Positions 9,192 to 20,067 of a stretch of 64,000 nucleotides of DNA are shown here, in pieces. The stretch spans positions 640,001 through 704,000 of the forward strand of contig CAWCRS010000005.1 in the NCBI GenBank assembly GCA_963798085.1. The letters are read 5' to 3'. Both the position numbers and the translations under genes were made by a program. Numbering within the stretch: the stretch's first letter is position 1; every line of letters starts with the position of its first letter. This DNA comes from an uncultured Gemmatimonadales bacterium. GTDB lineage: Bacteria; Gemmatimonadota; Gemmatimonadetes; Longimicrobiales; RSA9. The notes under the pieces are model-generated. The model ran no database searches, was not told where the DNA came from, and was given only the letters and a program-made list of their open reading frames with translations.

Positions 9192-10943
9192 TTACGTCCG
9201 GTCGCGGCGCGTGCTGCGCAGGAATTCCTGCACGCGTTCGAGGGGCCAGCAGTTGACCACCGCGTCCGCGTCGAGCCAGCCTTTGCGGGCGATAACAACG
9301 CCGTAGCGCACGTAGTCCAGCTGTGCGGGCGAGTGCGCATCCGGATTGATCGCCGTGGCAATGCCCAGGCTGCGCGCTTGCGGCCAGTAGCGCCAGTCCA
9401 GCTCCATGCGATGAGGATCCGAGTTGATCTCGATCCCAATGCCGCGGCGCGCCGCGGCGCGCAGCACTGCGCCTACATCAATGTCGCAGCCTCGCCGGGT
9501 GAGCAGCAAACGGCCTGTCAGATGCCCGAAGAACGTGAGGTAGGGATTCTCGATAACGCGCAGGTAGCGCTGCGTCTGCTCGGCGCGCGGCAGCGTGAAT
9601 GCGGAATGCACGGAGCCGACGACATAGTCGAAGCGCGCCAGCAGGTCGGGCCGGTCCTCGTAGTCGAGACGGCCGTCGGGCAGAATGTCCGCCTCGATGC
9701 CCTTGAACAGCCACAGGCGACGACCCTGCGCCTCGTTCCACGCGTCGATCTCCGCGTGCTGCGCCACAATCTCCCCGGGCGAGAGCCCGCCCGCATAGCC
9801 CGCGTACTGCGAGTGATCCGCAATACCGAGGTAGCGCCAGCCGCGCTCCAGCGCGGCCTCTGCCATTTCCGCTACTGTCGCCCTGCCATCGCTCCACGTC
9901 GTGTGGCAGTGGAAGCAACCGCGCAGCATGGTCTGCTCAATGAGGCGCGGCAGCTTCGCGGCGCGCGCGACCTCGATCTCGGCGCCCGATTCGCGCAGCT
10001 CCGGCGGCACGAACTCCAGGCCAAGCCGGGCGTAGAGGTCCGTTTCCTCGCCCAGCGCCAGCGCCAGGTCTCCGTCTAACAGCGCGTCAGACGTGAGACG
10101 GAGACCCAGCTGTGTGGCCGCATCCGCGAGCCGCGCCAGGTGTGCGGGTGAGCCGGTCACGGCGAGCAACGTCGTCGCATACGCGCTGGCCGCCACCGGA
10201 GTGAAGCGCACACGGAGGCCGTTCGCCAGGTGGGCCGTGGCGGCGCCGCCTTCCTCACTCGCCCCGGCGAATCCGGCCAGCGCCAGAAACGCCCGGCGCG
10301 CGCGTCCTGCAGCGTCGGGATCAGGCGACGCTTCGATCTCGGCCACGATTTCAATGCGGTTGACGGTTTCGCAACCGCGGCGCAATTCCCCTGCGAGCAC
10401 AGCGCGGCGCACACCGGGCAGCGCGGCCGCGAACGCGAGCAGGCGTTCACCGGTGTCCAGCGCCTCGAAGTAGCGACGCCGTCCGGCCATGGCGCGCACC
10501 TGCGCGATGCCCTCGAGAATCTGCGACTGCGTGCGTGCGCCAAAGCCCGGCACATCGGCAATGCGGCCGGCCTGCGCCGCGGTCTCGAGGTCATCCAGTG
10601 AGGCGATGCCCAGCTGGCCGTGCAGCGCGCGAATACGCGTGACGCCGAGCTGCGGCACACCTAACAGCTGCAGCAGGCCGGGCGGCGTCTGCTCGCGCAG
10701 CTGCTGATGGTAGGAGGATGCGCCCGTCTCGAGCAGCTCGCGAACGACGCTGGCCGTGGCCGGGCCTATGCCGGGAATCGCCTGCAGCCGCTTCTGCCGC
10801 AGCAGCGCGCCCAGGTCTTCATCCGTCTTCGCTACGGCACGCGCCGCGCGGTTGAACGCCCCCGACTTGAAGCGATTCTCGCCCTGGATCTCGAGCAGCG
10901 CACCGATTTCCTCGAGCACGAAGGCAATGGCATTGCGATCCAT
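9192..10943 (-). CDS. polX: DNA polymerase X-family / PHP-domain protein (non-canonical polymerase site)
   Basis: LLEIQGENRFK, HhH motifs, VPPELRE, PHP motifs HCHTTWSDG, IADHS, GSVHS, GHLTG, NPDAH. Confidence 0.92.
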   Translation of the reverse strand: MDRNAIAFVLEEIGALLEIQGENRFKSGAFNRAARAVAKTDEDLGALLRQKRLQAIPGIGPATASVVRELLETGASSYHQQLREQTPPGLLQLLGVPQLGVTRIRALHGQLGIASLDDLETAAQAGRIADVPGFGARTQSQILEGIAQVRAMAGRRRYFEALDTGERLLAFAAALPGVRRAVLAGELRRGCETVNRIEIVAEIEASPDPDAAGRARRAFLALAGFAGASEEGGAATAHLANGLRVRFTPVAASAYATTLLAVTGSPAHLARLADAATQLGLRLTSDALLDGDLALALGEETDLYARLGLEFVPPELRESGAEIEVARAAKLPRLIEQTMLRGCFHCHTTWSDGRATVAEMAEAALERGWRYLGIADHSQYAGYAGGLSPGEIVAQHAEIDAWNEAQGRRLWLFKGIEADILPDGRLDYEDRPDLLARFDYVVGSVHSAFTLPRAEQTQRYLRVIENPYLTFFGHLTGRLLLTRRGCDIDVGAVLRAAARRGIGIEINSDPHRMELDWRYWPQARSLGIATAINPDAHSPAQLDYVRYGVVIARKGWLDADAVVNCWPLERVQEFLRSTRRDRT

Positions 10944-11296
10944 GAGCCGCGCTTCGTGAGCCTGCCCGCGCCCGGTCGCGGCAGTCGCGTAGTGGATGGG
11001 GGACCCGCAGCGGCCGCCGCAGTGCCCGATCGTGCGGCCGGGAACGGCCGGAAGCGCCGGCCGCCTCTGGCTGGTTGCCCGGGTCTGCAGCGGGAATCTG
11101 AAAGCGGCGCGCCGACCTGTCCAGTCGCAACCGGCGGCGCAATCACGAGTCCGCACCGCGAAACCGAATACCGTCGCAGCGTGCCTGACCGCCTCCCGCA
11201 CACATGCATTCAGGCGACGACAATGCCTCGGCCTCGCCTCGCGACGCGACTTTCGGGCGAAAGACGCAGTCTGCGCGTGCGGGTCGCCGACGGCGC

Positions 11297-12310
11297 TCAG
11301 CGGCACAGCGGCTTGCCCAGGCCCCCCTTGATCAGCAGCAGCGTGCCGAGCGTCACGCGATGCTGCAGCATGCGCTGGATGTAAAGCCGCGTGTACACGC
11401 GGATCATCGTGCCCTTGTCGATGATTTCGATGCGCTGCAGCTCATCCGGATACATCGTTTTCAGCTCATCCAGGCCGAACGACTTCTCGGTCTCGTCGAT
11501 GAACACGCACTGGGCGTGCAGGTCCCGCGTACCCAGCCGGTCCGCAATGATGTCGTAGGCGCTCCAGTTGGAGCGTTCCAGCAGGGCCTCGCGGTCGAAC
11601 TCGGTACGCGCGTACGGCTGACCGCGCGAGCGCACCTCCAGCTGCTCATCCTGCAATGCGATCATGCGCTGCCCGACGGGATCCGCGGACAGACGGAACC
11701 GCAGCGTCGTGTCGCTCTCCGCGAGGAACGTCACGTGTGCCGGCAGGAAGCCCAGCGCCCGCACCGACACGGTCACACTGTGTCCCCAGGGCACGCCGCG
11801 CAGCCGGAATCCGCCGGCCGCGTTGGTCACGGCCGTGTGTGTGCGGCCCGCATCCACGTCGGCATCCGGCACCTGCCGACCCAATGCATCGTCCACCGTG
11901 CCGCGCACCGTAATGTTGCGTTTGTGAACCGTGATGGTGTCCAGGCGCACAGGCGACGGGTCAAGCTGGATCAGCACCGTCGTGTCCGCGCGCAGCAGCA
12001 GCGCCACCTCGACGGGCTTGTAGCCCAGCGCGTCCACTACCAGCGTCTGCCGTCCCGGGCGCACACCGGACAGCCGGAACCCGCCGTCCGCTGCGGTCTG
12101 CACCACGGAGCCGCCCAGCAGATCCACCGTCGCGCCCGGCACCGCATCATGTGTGCGCCGGTCCTGCACGCGGCCCCGCACCTCCACGCCACTCTGCGCC
12201 CGCGCCGCCTGCGCGAGCACGGCGATCGCCAGCAGCGCGCAGCACACCATCAGCGCGCGCGGCCGCGCGGCGCGCACCGACCGCTTCCTGCTCCGGGGAT
12301 TCTGTGCCAT
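11297..12310 (-). CDS. Secreted protein with two carboxypeptidase regulatory-like domains
   Basis: Signal peptide ARA-Q; two VRG.V.D...VP.A.V...T...GGFRL.GV repeats; start may be 12250. Confidence 0.8.
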   Translation of the reverse strand: MAQNPRSRKRSVRAARPRALMVCCALLAIAVLAQAARAQSGVEVRGRVQDRRTHDAVPGATVDLLGGSVVQTAADGGFRLSGVRPGRQTLVVDALGYKPVEVALLLRADTTVLIQLDPSPVRLDTITVHKRNITVRGTVDDALGRQVPDADVDAGRTHTAVTNAAGGFRLRGVPWGHSVTVSVRALGFLPAHVTFLAESDTTLRFRLSADPVGQRMIALQDEQLEVRSRGQPYARTEFDREALLERSNWSAYDIIADRLGTRDLHAQCVFIDETEKSFGLDELKTMYPDELQRIEIIDKGTMIRVYTRLYIQRMLQHRVTLGTLLLIKGGLGKPLCR

Positions 12311-12430
12311 GCATCGCCTCTGCGGCCGCCGACGTCGCGCGGCTGCCCGGCCGCGCCTGCGCGGCGAGGCCGCTCCGCAAGATTGCGCGCGAACGGCGCG
12401 GCAGCCAGCACGCGGCTGCCTGCAAGTCTC

Positions 12431-12459
12431 TTGACTATGGGTCGAATGACTAGTACAGT
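12431..12459 (+). promoter_or_regulatory. Sigma70-type promoter of the PadR-ADOP operon with overlapping ACTA-N13-TAGT palindrome
   Basis: TTGACT-17 bp-TACAGT. Confidence 0.6.
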
Positions 12460-12593
12460 CTCCGAGGCGACACCAGCTTCCCGCTTCACCGCGCCACGGA
12501 GCAAGGGAAGCGGCCCATCGTCCAGGACGAATCCGTGTGCGGCCGTGCGCGGTGCACGGCGAGCGCGCGTCCCACTCTGATGGTGGAAGCAGC

Positions 12594-12956
12594 ATGACAC
12601 GACGCGAACCCGACCCGTACGAGCGGCTGCCTCTCGCGCCGCGCGACTTCCTCATTCTGCTGGCGCTGGTGGACGGCGCACTGCACGGCTATGGCCTGGT
12701 GCGCGCGGTGGAGGAGGAATCGGAGGGCCAGGTACATATGGACCCGGCCAATCTCTATCGCTCGCTGCGGCGCATGGAGCGGGACGGGCTGGTGGAAGAG
12801 ACGTCGTCGCCTGCGCCCGAGAGTGCTGAAGAGCGACGCCGCTACTACAGCCTCACGTCATTCGGCCGGCGCGTGGTGTCCGCGGAAGCGGCGCGGGTGA
12901 GCCGGCTGGCGCGGGCAGCGGAAGCGAAGCGGCTGGTGCCGCGAGGGGCGCGGTGA
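12594..12956 (+). CDS. PadR-family transcriptional regulator
   Basis: LPLAPRDFLILLAL..GALHGYGLV, NLYRSLRRM, RRRYYSLT. Confidence 0.92.
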   Translation: MTRREPDPYERLPLAPRDFLILLALVDGALHGYGLVRAVEEESEGQVHMDPANLYRSLRRMERDGLVEETSSPAPESAEERRRYYSLTSFGRRVVSAEAARVSRLARAAEAKRLVPRGAR

Positions 12957-15713
12957 GCGCGCGCGGTTCCGGGGCGGCGCGGCGGGCGGGTCTGCTGACA
13001 CGCGTGTTGTACGGCCTGCTGCTGCGCGCCTATCCCGCGGAGTTCCGCCGGCAGTACGGCGAGGAGGCGCGCGAGCTGTTTGCCCGGCTGCATGTGGAGG
13101 CGGCAGCGCGCGGGGCACTTGCTCTGTTGCGTTTCTGGGGCCGTACGGTGGTGGCTGTGGTGCGGGACGGGTTCGCCGAGCGTGTGGGCGCGCACGCAGC
13201 GCGGCGGGCGGTGTCGTCGCCTGCCACCGGCGTCCTGACCGATCGTCAGGGCGCGGCGGGCTGGCTGGACATCCTGCGTCATCAGCTGCGTCTGGCGGTG
13301 CGCTCCCTGCGCCGGCGTCCCGGCTTCGCGCTGACCGTGTGCGTGCTGATGGCACTGGGCATTGGTGCTGCCACAACGCTGTTCAGTGTGGTGGACGCGG
13401 TGCTGCTGCGGCCGCTGCCCTACCCTGCACCGGACCGGCTCTACATCGTGAGTCGCGGTGGGGCGGACATGCCGATCCCGGATTTCCACGATGTGCACGA
13501 CAACGCAGGCTCGTTCGACGCGCTGGGGGGTGTGTGGGCCGATAATGCGGCGCTGACCGGCGAGGGCGAGCCGGAACGGGTGAAGCGGGCTCGCATCACG
13601 GGCGATCTCTTCGCCATGCTGGGTGCTCACGCGGTGCGCGGTCGTCTGCTCACGACGGCCGACGAGGCGACCGGCGCCACGCCCGCTGTCGTGATCTCGC
13701 CATCCTTCTGGGTGCGTCACTGGGGTGGGGATCCGGGCGTGATCGGCCGCACCATCCGGCTGGACGGCTCGCCCTACGAGGTCGTGGGGGTACTCGATCC
13801 ACACTTCATCCCTCCCGCGGTGCTGTCGCTGGACAACGCGGACGTATTCGCGCCGCTGCAACCGACGCCGCAGCAGGCGAGCGATCGCAGGTTCTACGTG
13901 CTCGCGGTGGTCGCGCGGCTGCGGGACGGTGCCACGCCGGCGCAGGCCGGCACGCAGCTCAATGCGCTGGCTGCGCGCCTGGCCGAACAGTTTCCCGACC
14001 TGCGTTCTCGCAACGCGAATGCGAAGCCTTTCCCGATGATCTCGCTCGAGAAGGCCACGGCGGGCGACATCGGCACTGTACTCTGGACACTGTTCGGCGC
14101 GGTCGGCCTGATGCTGCTGATCGCGTGCGCGAACGTTGCGAACCTGTTCCTTGCGCGCGCCACGGATCAGCAGCACGAGCTGGCGGTGTGCGCGGCGCTC
14201 GGAGCTTCGCGCGTCCGCATTGTCGCGCAGTCACTGGTGCAGAGTGCGCTGCTCGGCGTGCTGGGGGGCGCGCTCGGTGTCCTGCTCGCCCTGGCCGGCG
14301 TACACGCCTTCCGCGGGCTGCATGACATCGGCATTCCGCGGCTTGCCGAGGTGACGATCGACCTGCGCATCCTCCTGTTCACGCTCGCCCTGTCGCTGGC
14401 CACCGGAGTGCTCTTCGGCCTGGCGCCCGCGCTGCTGTCCGCGCGCTCACGGGCCACCGATGCGCTGCGCGAATCGAACACGCGCACCACCGCCGCGCGC
14501 GGGCGTGCTCGCCTGCGCATCGGCCTGGTGGTCGCCGAGCTCGGACTTGCGCTGATCCTGCTCACGGGCGCGAGTCTCCTCTTCCACAGCTTCGTTCGCC
14601 TGGGCGGCGTGGCGATCGGGTTCCGTCCGCAGCACCTGCTGACCGTGGAGCTCAACGCCGAGCCTCAGGCGATGCCACGGGCGCAGTTCGTCAGCGCCCT
14701 GGAAACACGCATTGCCACGTTGCCCGGGGTGCGGGCCGTGGGTTCGAGCTGGATGCTCCCCTTCTCCGGAGGGCGCTGCTGCTGGGGCTCGCGCATCGTC
14801 GCGGCATCGTCACCCGGCGACACGGTCAGGACCAATTTCGATCCCATAACAACGGGTTATATGGCCGCGCTGGGCGCGCACCTGCGGCGGGGCCGTGACT
14901 TCAACGCGGCCGACGAGCAGAGCGACCGAGTCGGTGGACCGGGTGAGGCACCGCGCGCCGCTACCTTGAACGTCATCGTGAACGACAAGCTGGCGCGGCG
15001 TTTGTGGCCCGACGAAGATGCACTGGGTCGCGTGCTGCGCATGACGACGAGTGCGCCGGTCGAGATGCACGTGATCGGTGTCGTCGACGACATCCGCCAC
15101 TGGGGCTTCCAGTCGGATACGGAAGAGCACGTGTACCTGCCCTATAACGCCGTGGCGCAGTGGTCGCTCGCCAGCATGCTGGAGATCGGCATCCGCCACG
15201 ACGGTGATCAGGGTCCGCTCCTCAGCGCACTGCGCAGTGCCGTGAGGGACCTCGATCCCGAACTCCCCCTTGGTCGCGTGCGCACCATGGATGCGCGGCT
15301 GTCGAGTTCCATCGCCACGCCCAGATTCTATGCGATGCTGCTCGCGCTGTTCGCGGCGCTCGCCTTCCTCCTCGCCGCTGCCGGGGTGTACGGTTCCATG
15401 TTGTACGTCGTGGGTCTGCGTCGCCGCGAGAATGGGCATCCGTCTGGCCATCGGCGCGCGGCGCGGCGACGTCGTACGACAGGTTCTCGGGCGGGGCATT
15501 GCGGTCGTGCTGGCCGGCACACTGCTCGGTCTGGGTGGCGCGCTCGCGCTGACCCGGCTGATGCGCAGTCTGCTGTTCAGCGTCACCGCGACGGATCCGG
15601 CAAGCTTCGCGGCCGCGGCCGTACTGCTGGGCGCTGCGGGCCTGCTCGCCTGTTATCTGCCGGCCCGACGGGCCGGTTCGGTGGATCCGCTGGTGACGCT
15701 GCGCTCGGACTGA
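12953..15713 (+). CDS. ADOP-family duplicated ABC permease (frameshift at ~15431 as assembled)
   Basis: YPAEFRRQYGEE prefix, LLIACANVANL, two MacB/FtsX halves, PARRAGSVDPLVTLRSD end; overlaps PadR stop. Confidence 0.9.
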
Positions 15714-15758
15714 CGCACACGTGACCGGGCAGGCCGCGAGTGCAGCGCAGCGGCGCGA

Positions 15759-16259
15759 TCAGCCGGACCCTCGATCGTAGAACGCCGTCGTGTCACTGAT
15801 CATGAGCGGCCAGACCTGGCGCTCCGTGAATTCCGCGTAGCGAATGTACTTCGAGGTCTCGCCGCCGATCTCGTGGTACAGCGTGGCCAGCTCGATCACG
15901 AGCTCCGGGTCCAGCACATCGCCTGCACCGCTCTGCATGGCGGCCTCCCACACTTCGGTGGGCGCGCCCTCCGCGCCCGACACGCGCAGCACGAACGGCG
16001 CCGGCCGCTTGCCCGCCGCGACCGCCTGGCGGAAGGCGTCCAGGCCGCCCTGGATGCCCTTGACGTACTCGACGCTCGCCGCACTGAAATGCGTGAGATC
16101 GCGGTACAGTGCGGAGGCCAGCTGATCCGCGCGCTGCAGCGCTTCACGCCCGTCCCGGTAGTTGTCCACCACGAACGCGGCCGACACGCCCACGAACACC
16201 ACCGCCAGCTCGGCAATGATGCGAAGGAAATACGACCCGCGCTCGCGACTGTCTTCCAT
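15759..16259 (-). CDS. Hypothetical membrane-anchored helical protein, possibly C-terminally truncated
   Basis: ELAVVFVGVSAAFVVDNYRD N-terminal TM motif; WEAAMQSGAGDVLDPEL. Confidence 0.65.
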   Translation of the reverse strand: MEDSRERGSYFLRIIAELAVVFVGVSAAFVVDNYRDGREALQRADQLASALYRDLTHFSAASVEYVKGIQGGLDAFRQAVAAGKRPAPFVLRVSGAEGAPTEVWEAAMQSGAGDVLDPELVIELATLYHEIGGETSKYIRYAEFTERQVWPLMISDTTAFYDRGSG

Positions 16260-16387
16260 GGGGCTCCCTGCACGCAACGTCGCGGAGATCAGCCTGGCAT
16301 TGAGGGCGGGAATAGGTGCCCTGCGCGGATGGCAGGGAGTGGGGAGCGAGGTGGGCCCGGTCGCGCTGCCGGACCCACCCGCACGGC

Positions 16388-17542
16388 TCACCAGGCGGCC
16401 AGGCCGACCGCGGCGGCGGGCAGGCCGGTGACGCCGGTCAGCGGCGTGAGGCTGCCGTTCGCTTCGACCGTGAACGCGTCAATGGCGTGCGCGCTCGAGT
16501 TCAGCACATACAGGAACTCGCCGCCTGCCACGCTGAGCGCGGCGTCAATGGGTGTGCCGCTGTCATTGGCGGTTACGCCATTGGCGTTGAGCAGCGTCAA
16601 CTCGGTGTTGGGGCCGAGCGCGTAACCGGTGGTGGTATTGCTGCCGGTGTTGGTGGTGTAGGCGAAGCGCCGGTCGCGCGTGATCACCACCCAGCAGGGC
16701 GCCGCCTGGAAGTTGGCAACCTGGCTGGACACTACGCTGGCAATGCCGTTCTTGTCGATGGAGTACGACGTCAGCGAGCCGGCGCCCGGCGCACCGCCCA
16801 CTGCATTGGAAACTACCATGTGGCCGCGGTGATCCACCATGAAGCCGAACGGCGTCGTGCCATCCGAAGCATTGAGCACGCCCGGCGCCAGGGCGCCCGT
16901 GTTATCGACGCGGTAGGTGACGATGCGGTTGGCCGCCTTCTCCGTTACCGCTACGATGCGGTCGCGCACGAACGACACCTGGGCCGGTCCTGCCATGCCC
17001 GGTCCCAGCGACTGCGGCGAGCCCGACGGGATCAGATCCCCCTGCGCCGTGAGCTGGAAACCAGCCACGTTGCCGCCATCCGTCCCCTGATTCACCACCG
17101 CTACCAGCTGGCCCGATGGCGTGCCCGTGCTGGTTACGCTGATGGGAATGCGGCCGCGCGTCGGCTCCGTGTCGGTGAGCGTGAGCGAGCCGTCCGTGGC
17201 GCGCGCGAAAACGGACACCGTGTTGCTGCCCGCATTCACCGCAAACAGCCAGTTGCCATCCCCGCTCAGCGTCACAGCGCCCTGGCTGCCGAGTCCGGCG
17301 CCCGTGCCATTGCCGTTCGTCGCCACCATGCCGGTCATGCTGAGAGCGCCGCCCGCATCGCGCGCGAAGATCAGCACCGCGTTGCCTGACGCGGCATTGC
17401 TCTCCGTGTACACGTTGCCTTCAGCAGCCGCCGAGATCTCGCTGAACTGCGGCCGTTGACCGGACGGTGCCCCGGTCGGATCCTGGGTGCACGCCGCCAG
17501 CCCCGCCGCGGCCAGCAGCATCAGTGTTCCGTACTTCCTCAT
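16388..17542 (-). CDS. Lactonase-family (6-phosphogluconolactonase-like) beta-propeller lipoprotein
   Basis: LAAC lipobox, VYTESNAASGN, GLGSQGAV, AAPCWVVIT; GGAGG RBS. Confidence 0.85.
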   Translation of the reverse strand: MRKYGTLMLLAAAGLAACTQDPTGAPSGQRPQFSEISAAAEGNVYTESNAASGNAVLIFARDAGGALSMTGMVATNGNGTGAGLGSQGAVTLSGDGNWLFAVNAGSNTVSVFARATDGSLTLTDTEPTRGRIPISVTSTGTPSGQLVAVVNQGTDGGNVAGFQLTAQGDLIPSGSPQSLGPGMAGPAQVSFVRDRIVAVTEKAANRIVTYRVDNTGALAPGVLNASDGTTPFGFMVDHRGHMVVSNAVGGAPGAGSLTSYSIDKNGIASVVSSQVANFQAAPCWVVITRDRRFAYTTNTGSNTTTGYALGPNTELTLLNANGVTANDSGTPIDAALSVAGGEFLYVLNSSAHAIDAFTVEANGSLTPLTGVTGLPAAAVGLAAW

Positions 17543-17835
17543 GCAACCTCCAGGGAAAATGTTTCAGGGGTGTGTTCCGGAGCAGTTGCACTCAGGCAAG
17601 CGCAGGACCGCGCCCGGCGCCGCGCCGCACGAATGCGCCAAGCCCCGACGAAAGCAGTAGTTGTCACGCGTACGCGGCGGCGCGTGCGTCACGCCGTGCG
17701 CGTTTCACGAAACACTGCGCATCCCGCCGGGACGTTCCGTTGATCCCGCGCGAGCGCGCCACGGCAACACGAGGACCGGGATGTGGCGCACGTGGGCCTG
17801 GACACCGCGGGTCCGAACCGTGCCTGAAGGCCACA

Positions 17836-17893
17836 CCTAAGAATTTCGTTGACAGCCGCGGGCGGCCGCATTATCGTCACCTAACCTTTTAGG
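17836..17893 (+). promoter_or_regulatory. Promoter and probable operator of the BlaI/M56 operon
   Basis: TTGACA(17849)-17 bp-TATCGT; palindrome CCTAA-CCTT-TTAGG at 17880-17893; second CACCTAA half-site upstream of -35. Confidence 0.7.
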
Positions 17894-17900
17894 AGCGGCC

Positions 17901-18278
17901 ATGCGCATCAGCTTCACGGAACGCGAACTCGACATCATGGCGGTGCTCTGGGAGCACGGGCCATCAACGGCGGCGCAGGTGCGCGAGCAGCTGGCCGACG
18001 CGCTCGCCTATAACACTGTGTTGACGATGCTGGGCATTCTGGAGGAGAAGGGTTACGTGACGCACGAGGAGGTGGGCCGCACGCACCGCTTCCATCCGCT
18101 GGTGGCGAGGGAGGCGGCGGGCGCCAGTGCCATCCGGCGTCTGGTGGACACGGTGTTCGGCGGTTCCGAAGAGCTGCTGCTCTCGCATCTCGTGCATGAT
18201 CAGAAGCTGAGCCGCCGCAAACTGGAGCGCCTGCGCCAGCTGCTGGATGCCCATCTCGAGCGCGGGACGTCGCGATGA
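17901..18278 (+). CDS. BlaI/MecI/CopY-family repressor
   Basis: TERELDIMAVLW, LAYNTVLTML..LEEKG, FGGS. Confidence 0.93.
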   Translation: MRISFTERELDIMAVLWEHGPSTAAQVREQLADALAYNTVLTMLGILEEKGYVTHEEVGRTHRFHPLVAREAAGASAIRRLVDTVFGGSEELLLSHLVHDQKLSRRKLERLRQLLDAHLERGTSR

Positions 18279-19984
18279 TGGCCGCGTGGCTGCTGTACAG
18301 TGTGGCGGTCGCCGGATTACTCGGACTGTCGGCGACGCTGCTCGAGCGGCTCCTGCGCGCGCTGCGCCAGCCGGCACGTTTCGTCTGGCTGCTCGCGTGC
18401 GTGGCGACCCTGCTGCTGACGTTCAGCGTGGTGCGTCCGGCGAGCGATGCGTACGGGGATGCCGCAGATGTGACGGCGGCCGGTCGGGCGGTGTCGTCGC
18501 GCGGGGCGGCGGTGCCGCAGTCGCGGCCGGCGTGGGCGCCTCACCGCGCCGCCGACTTTACCGCATTGGCCAGGCGTTTCGACGACGCGCTGGCAGTCCT
18601 GTGGCTGGCCGGCACCAGCATAGCGCTGACAGTGCTGTTCGCATCGCTGCTGCGCCTGCGGCGCCGGCGGGCCGGCTGGCTGCCGCGCACGGTGCAGGGC
18701 ACGCCCGTGCTGCTGACCGATGGCATGGGACCCGCCGTGGTGGGCGTCCTGCGGGGGGTGATTGCCCTGCCGGCGTGTCTGCTCGCGCTGCCGGCGGAGC
18801 AGCAGTCGCTGATCCTGGAGCATGAGCGGCAGCACGTGCAGGCGAGGGATCCGCTGGTGCTGTTCGTCGCGTTGCTCTGCGCCGCGCTGCTGCCCTGGAA
18901 CGCGGCGCTCTGGGCGCTCGTGCTGCGCCTGCGTCGCGCTACCGAAATGGACTGCGACCGCCGCGTGCTGCGCGCGCGGCCCGGCGCCTGCGACTACGCG
19001 GAGCTGCTGATCGAGATGGGCGCGCGCGCGGTGGAGCGGCCGCTTCCCGCGGCGGTGCTCTCGCACTCGGCCTCGGACCTGGAGCGCCGTGTCAGTGCGA
19101 TTCTGCGACCGCCCGTGTCGGCGAGCGCGCTGGGTGCCCAGGGCTACGCTGCGGTTGCCGCCGTGCTGGTGCTCACTGCCCTGATCGCGCCTCGCCCGCG
19201 CGTGCCCGTCACGCTGCGCGTATCGGCCCTGACCGGCAGACTGCCCGCCGTGCCGACCGCAGCTGCGACTCCGAACATGCCACCCTTCGGCGCGGTGCAG
19301 GATACGGCCGCGCTGCGGCATGCGCTGGAGCGGCTGCGCGCCGCCCAAACAGCGCGTTTGGAAGCGCTGCGGCAGCTGCAGCAGAGATTGCGCACCGGCC
19401 GCATGCCCGCCCCGCCCGCAACGGGCGCAGGCGCATCGAGCGGAGCCGGTGCATCGAGCGGCGGTGGTGTGTCGAACGGGGCCGGCGCAGCGAGCGGCGG
19501 TGGTGTGTCGAGCGGCGGCCGTGCGTCGGCTGGGGGCGCGGGCGCGCGGTTCATCAGTGGTGGCGGTGCCGGCGCGCCCGCACCGCCCCGTCTGGGCGCC
19601 AGCGCGGGCGCTGCCACCGGTGTGGGTGCCGGGTTTACGCCGGCCGGCAACCGCACGGCAGCCGGCGGCAGGGATGTCCTGGTCACCAGTGATTCCATGA
19701 TCGTGCTCGCCGTGCACTACTACCCTGAAATCTTCTACGGTCCGGCGCGTGCGGACACCATGGTCGTGGCGTTCGCGGTCGATCGCGCCGGCGAGGTGCG
19801 CGAGAAGGCGGCGCTGCCGCTCACCGCTACGATGCATCGTGACCAGCGACTGCTGCTGGATCTGTTTCCGGACCTGGCGCAGCAGCGTTTGCGCGGCATG
19901 GGCACGAGTCTCGGCACGGTTACCCCGCGCGGCTCGCCCGGCCGCGTCGTGCTCCTGATCTTCGGCATCTACGAACGGACGTAG
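18275..19984 (+). CDS. M56 (BlaR1-like) metallopeptidase signal transducer
   Basis: GPAVVG, HERQH zinc motif, EMDCDRRVL; overlaps BlaI stop. Confidence 0.9.
   Translation: MMAAWLLYSVAVAGLLGLSATLLERLLRALRQPARFVWLLACVATLLLTFSVVRPASDAYGDAADVTAAGRAVSSRGAAVPQSRPAWAPHRAADFTALARRFDDALAVLWLAGTSIALTVLFASLLRLRRRRAGWLPRTVQGTPVLLTDGMGPAVVGVLRGVIALPACLLALPAEQQSLILEHERQHVQARDPLVLFVALLCAALLPWNAALWALVLRLRRATEMDCDRRVLRARPGACDYAELLIEMGARAVERPLPAAVLSHSASDLERRVSAILRPPVSASALGAQGYAAVAAVLVLTALIAPRPRVPVTLRVSALTGRLPAVPTAAATPNMPPFGAVQDTAALRHALERLRAAQTARLEALRQLQQRLRTGRMPAPPATGAGASSGAGASSGGGVSNGAGAASGGGVSSGGRASAGGAGARFISGGGAGAPAPPRLGASAGAATGVGAGFTPAGNRTAAGGRDVLVTSDSMIVLAVHYYPEIFYGPARADTMVVAFAVDRAGEVREKAALPLTATMHRDQRLLLDLFPDLAQQRLRGMGTSLGTVTPRGSPGRVVLLIFGIYERT
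19424..19531 (+). repeat. Six imperfect 18-bp coding repeats (GAGASS/GGGVSS)
   Basis: GGCGCAGGCGCATCGAGC-like units in frame within the M56 gene. Confidence 0.8.
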
Positions 19985-20067
19985 CCCGACCGACCCGCAG
20001 CCAACACCACGTTAACGGAGCGCCCTCCACCCGGGGTGCGCCCGCGAACCTGATCCCGGGGGATGTC

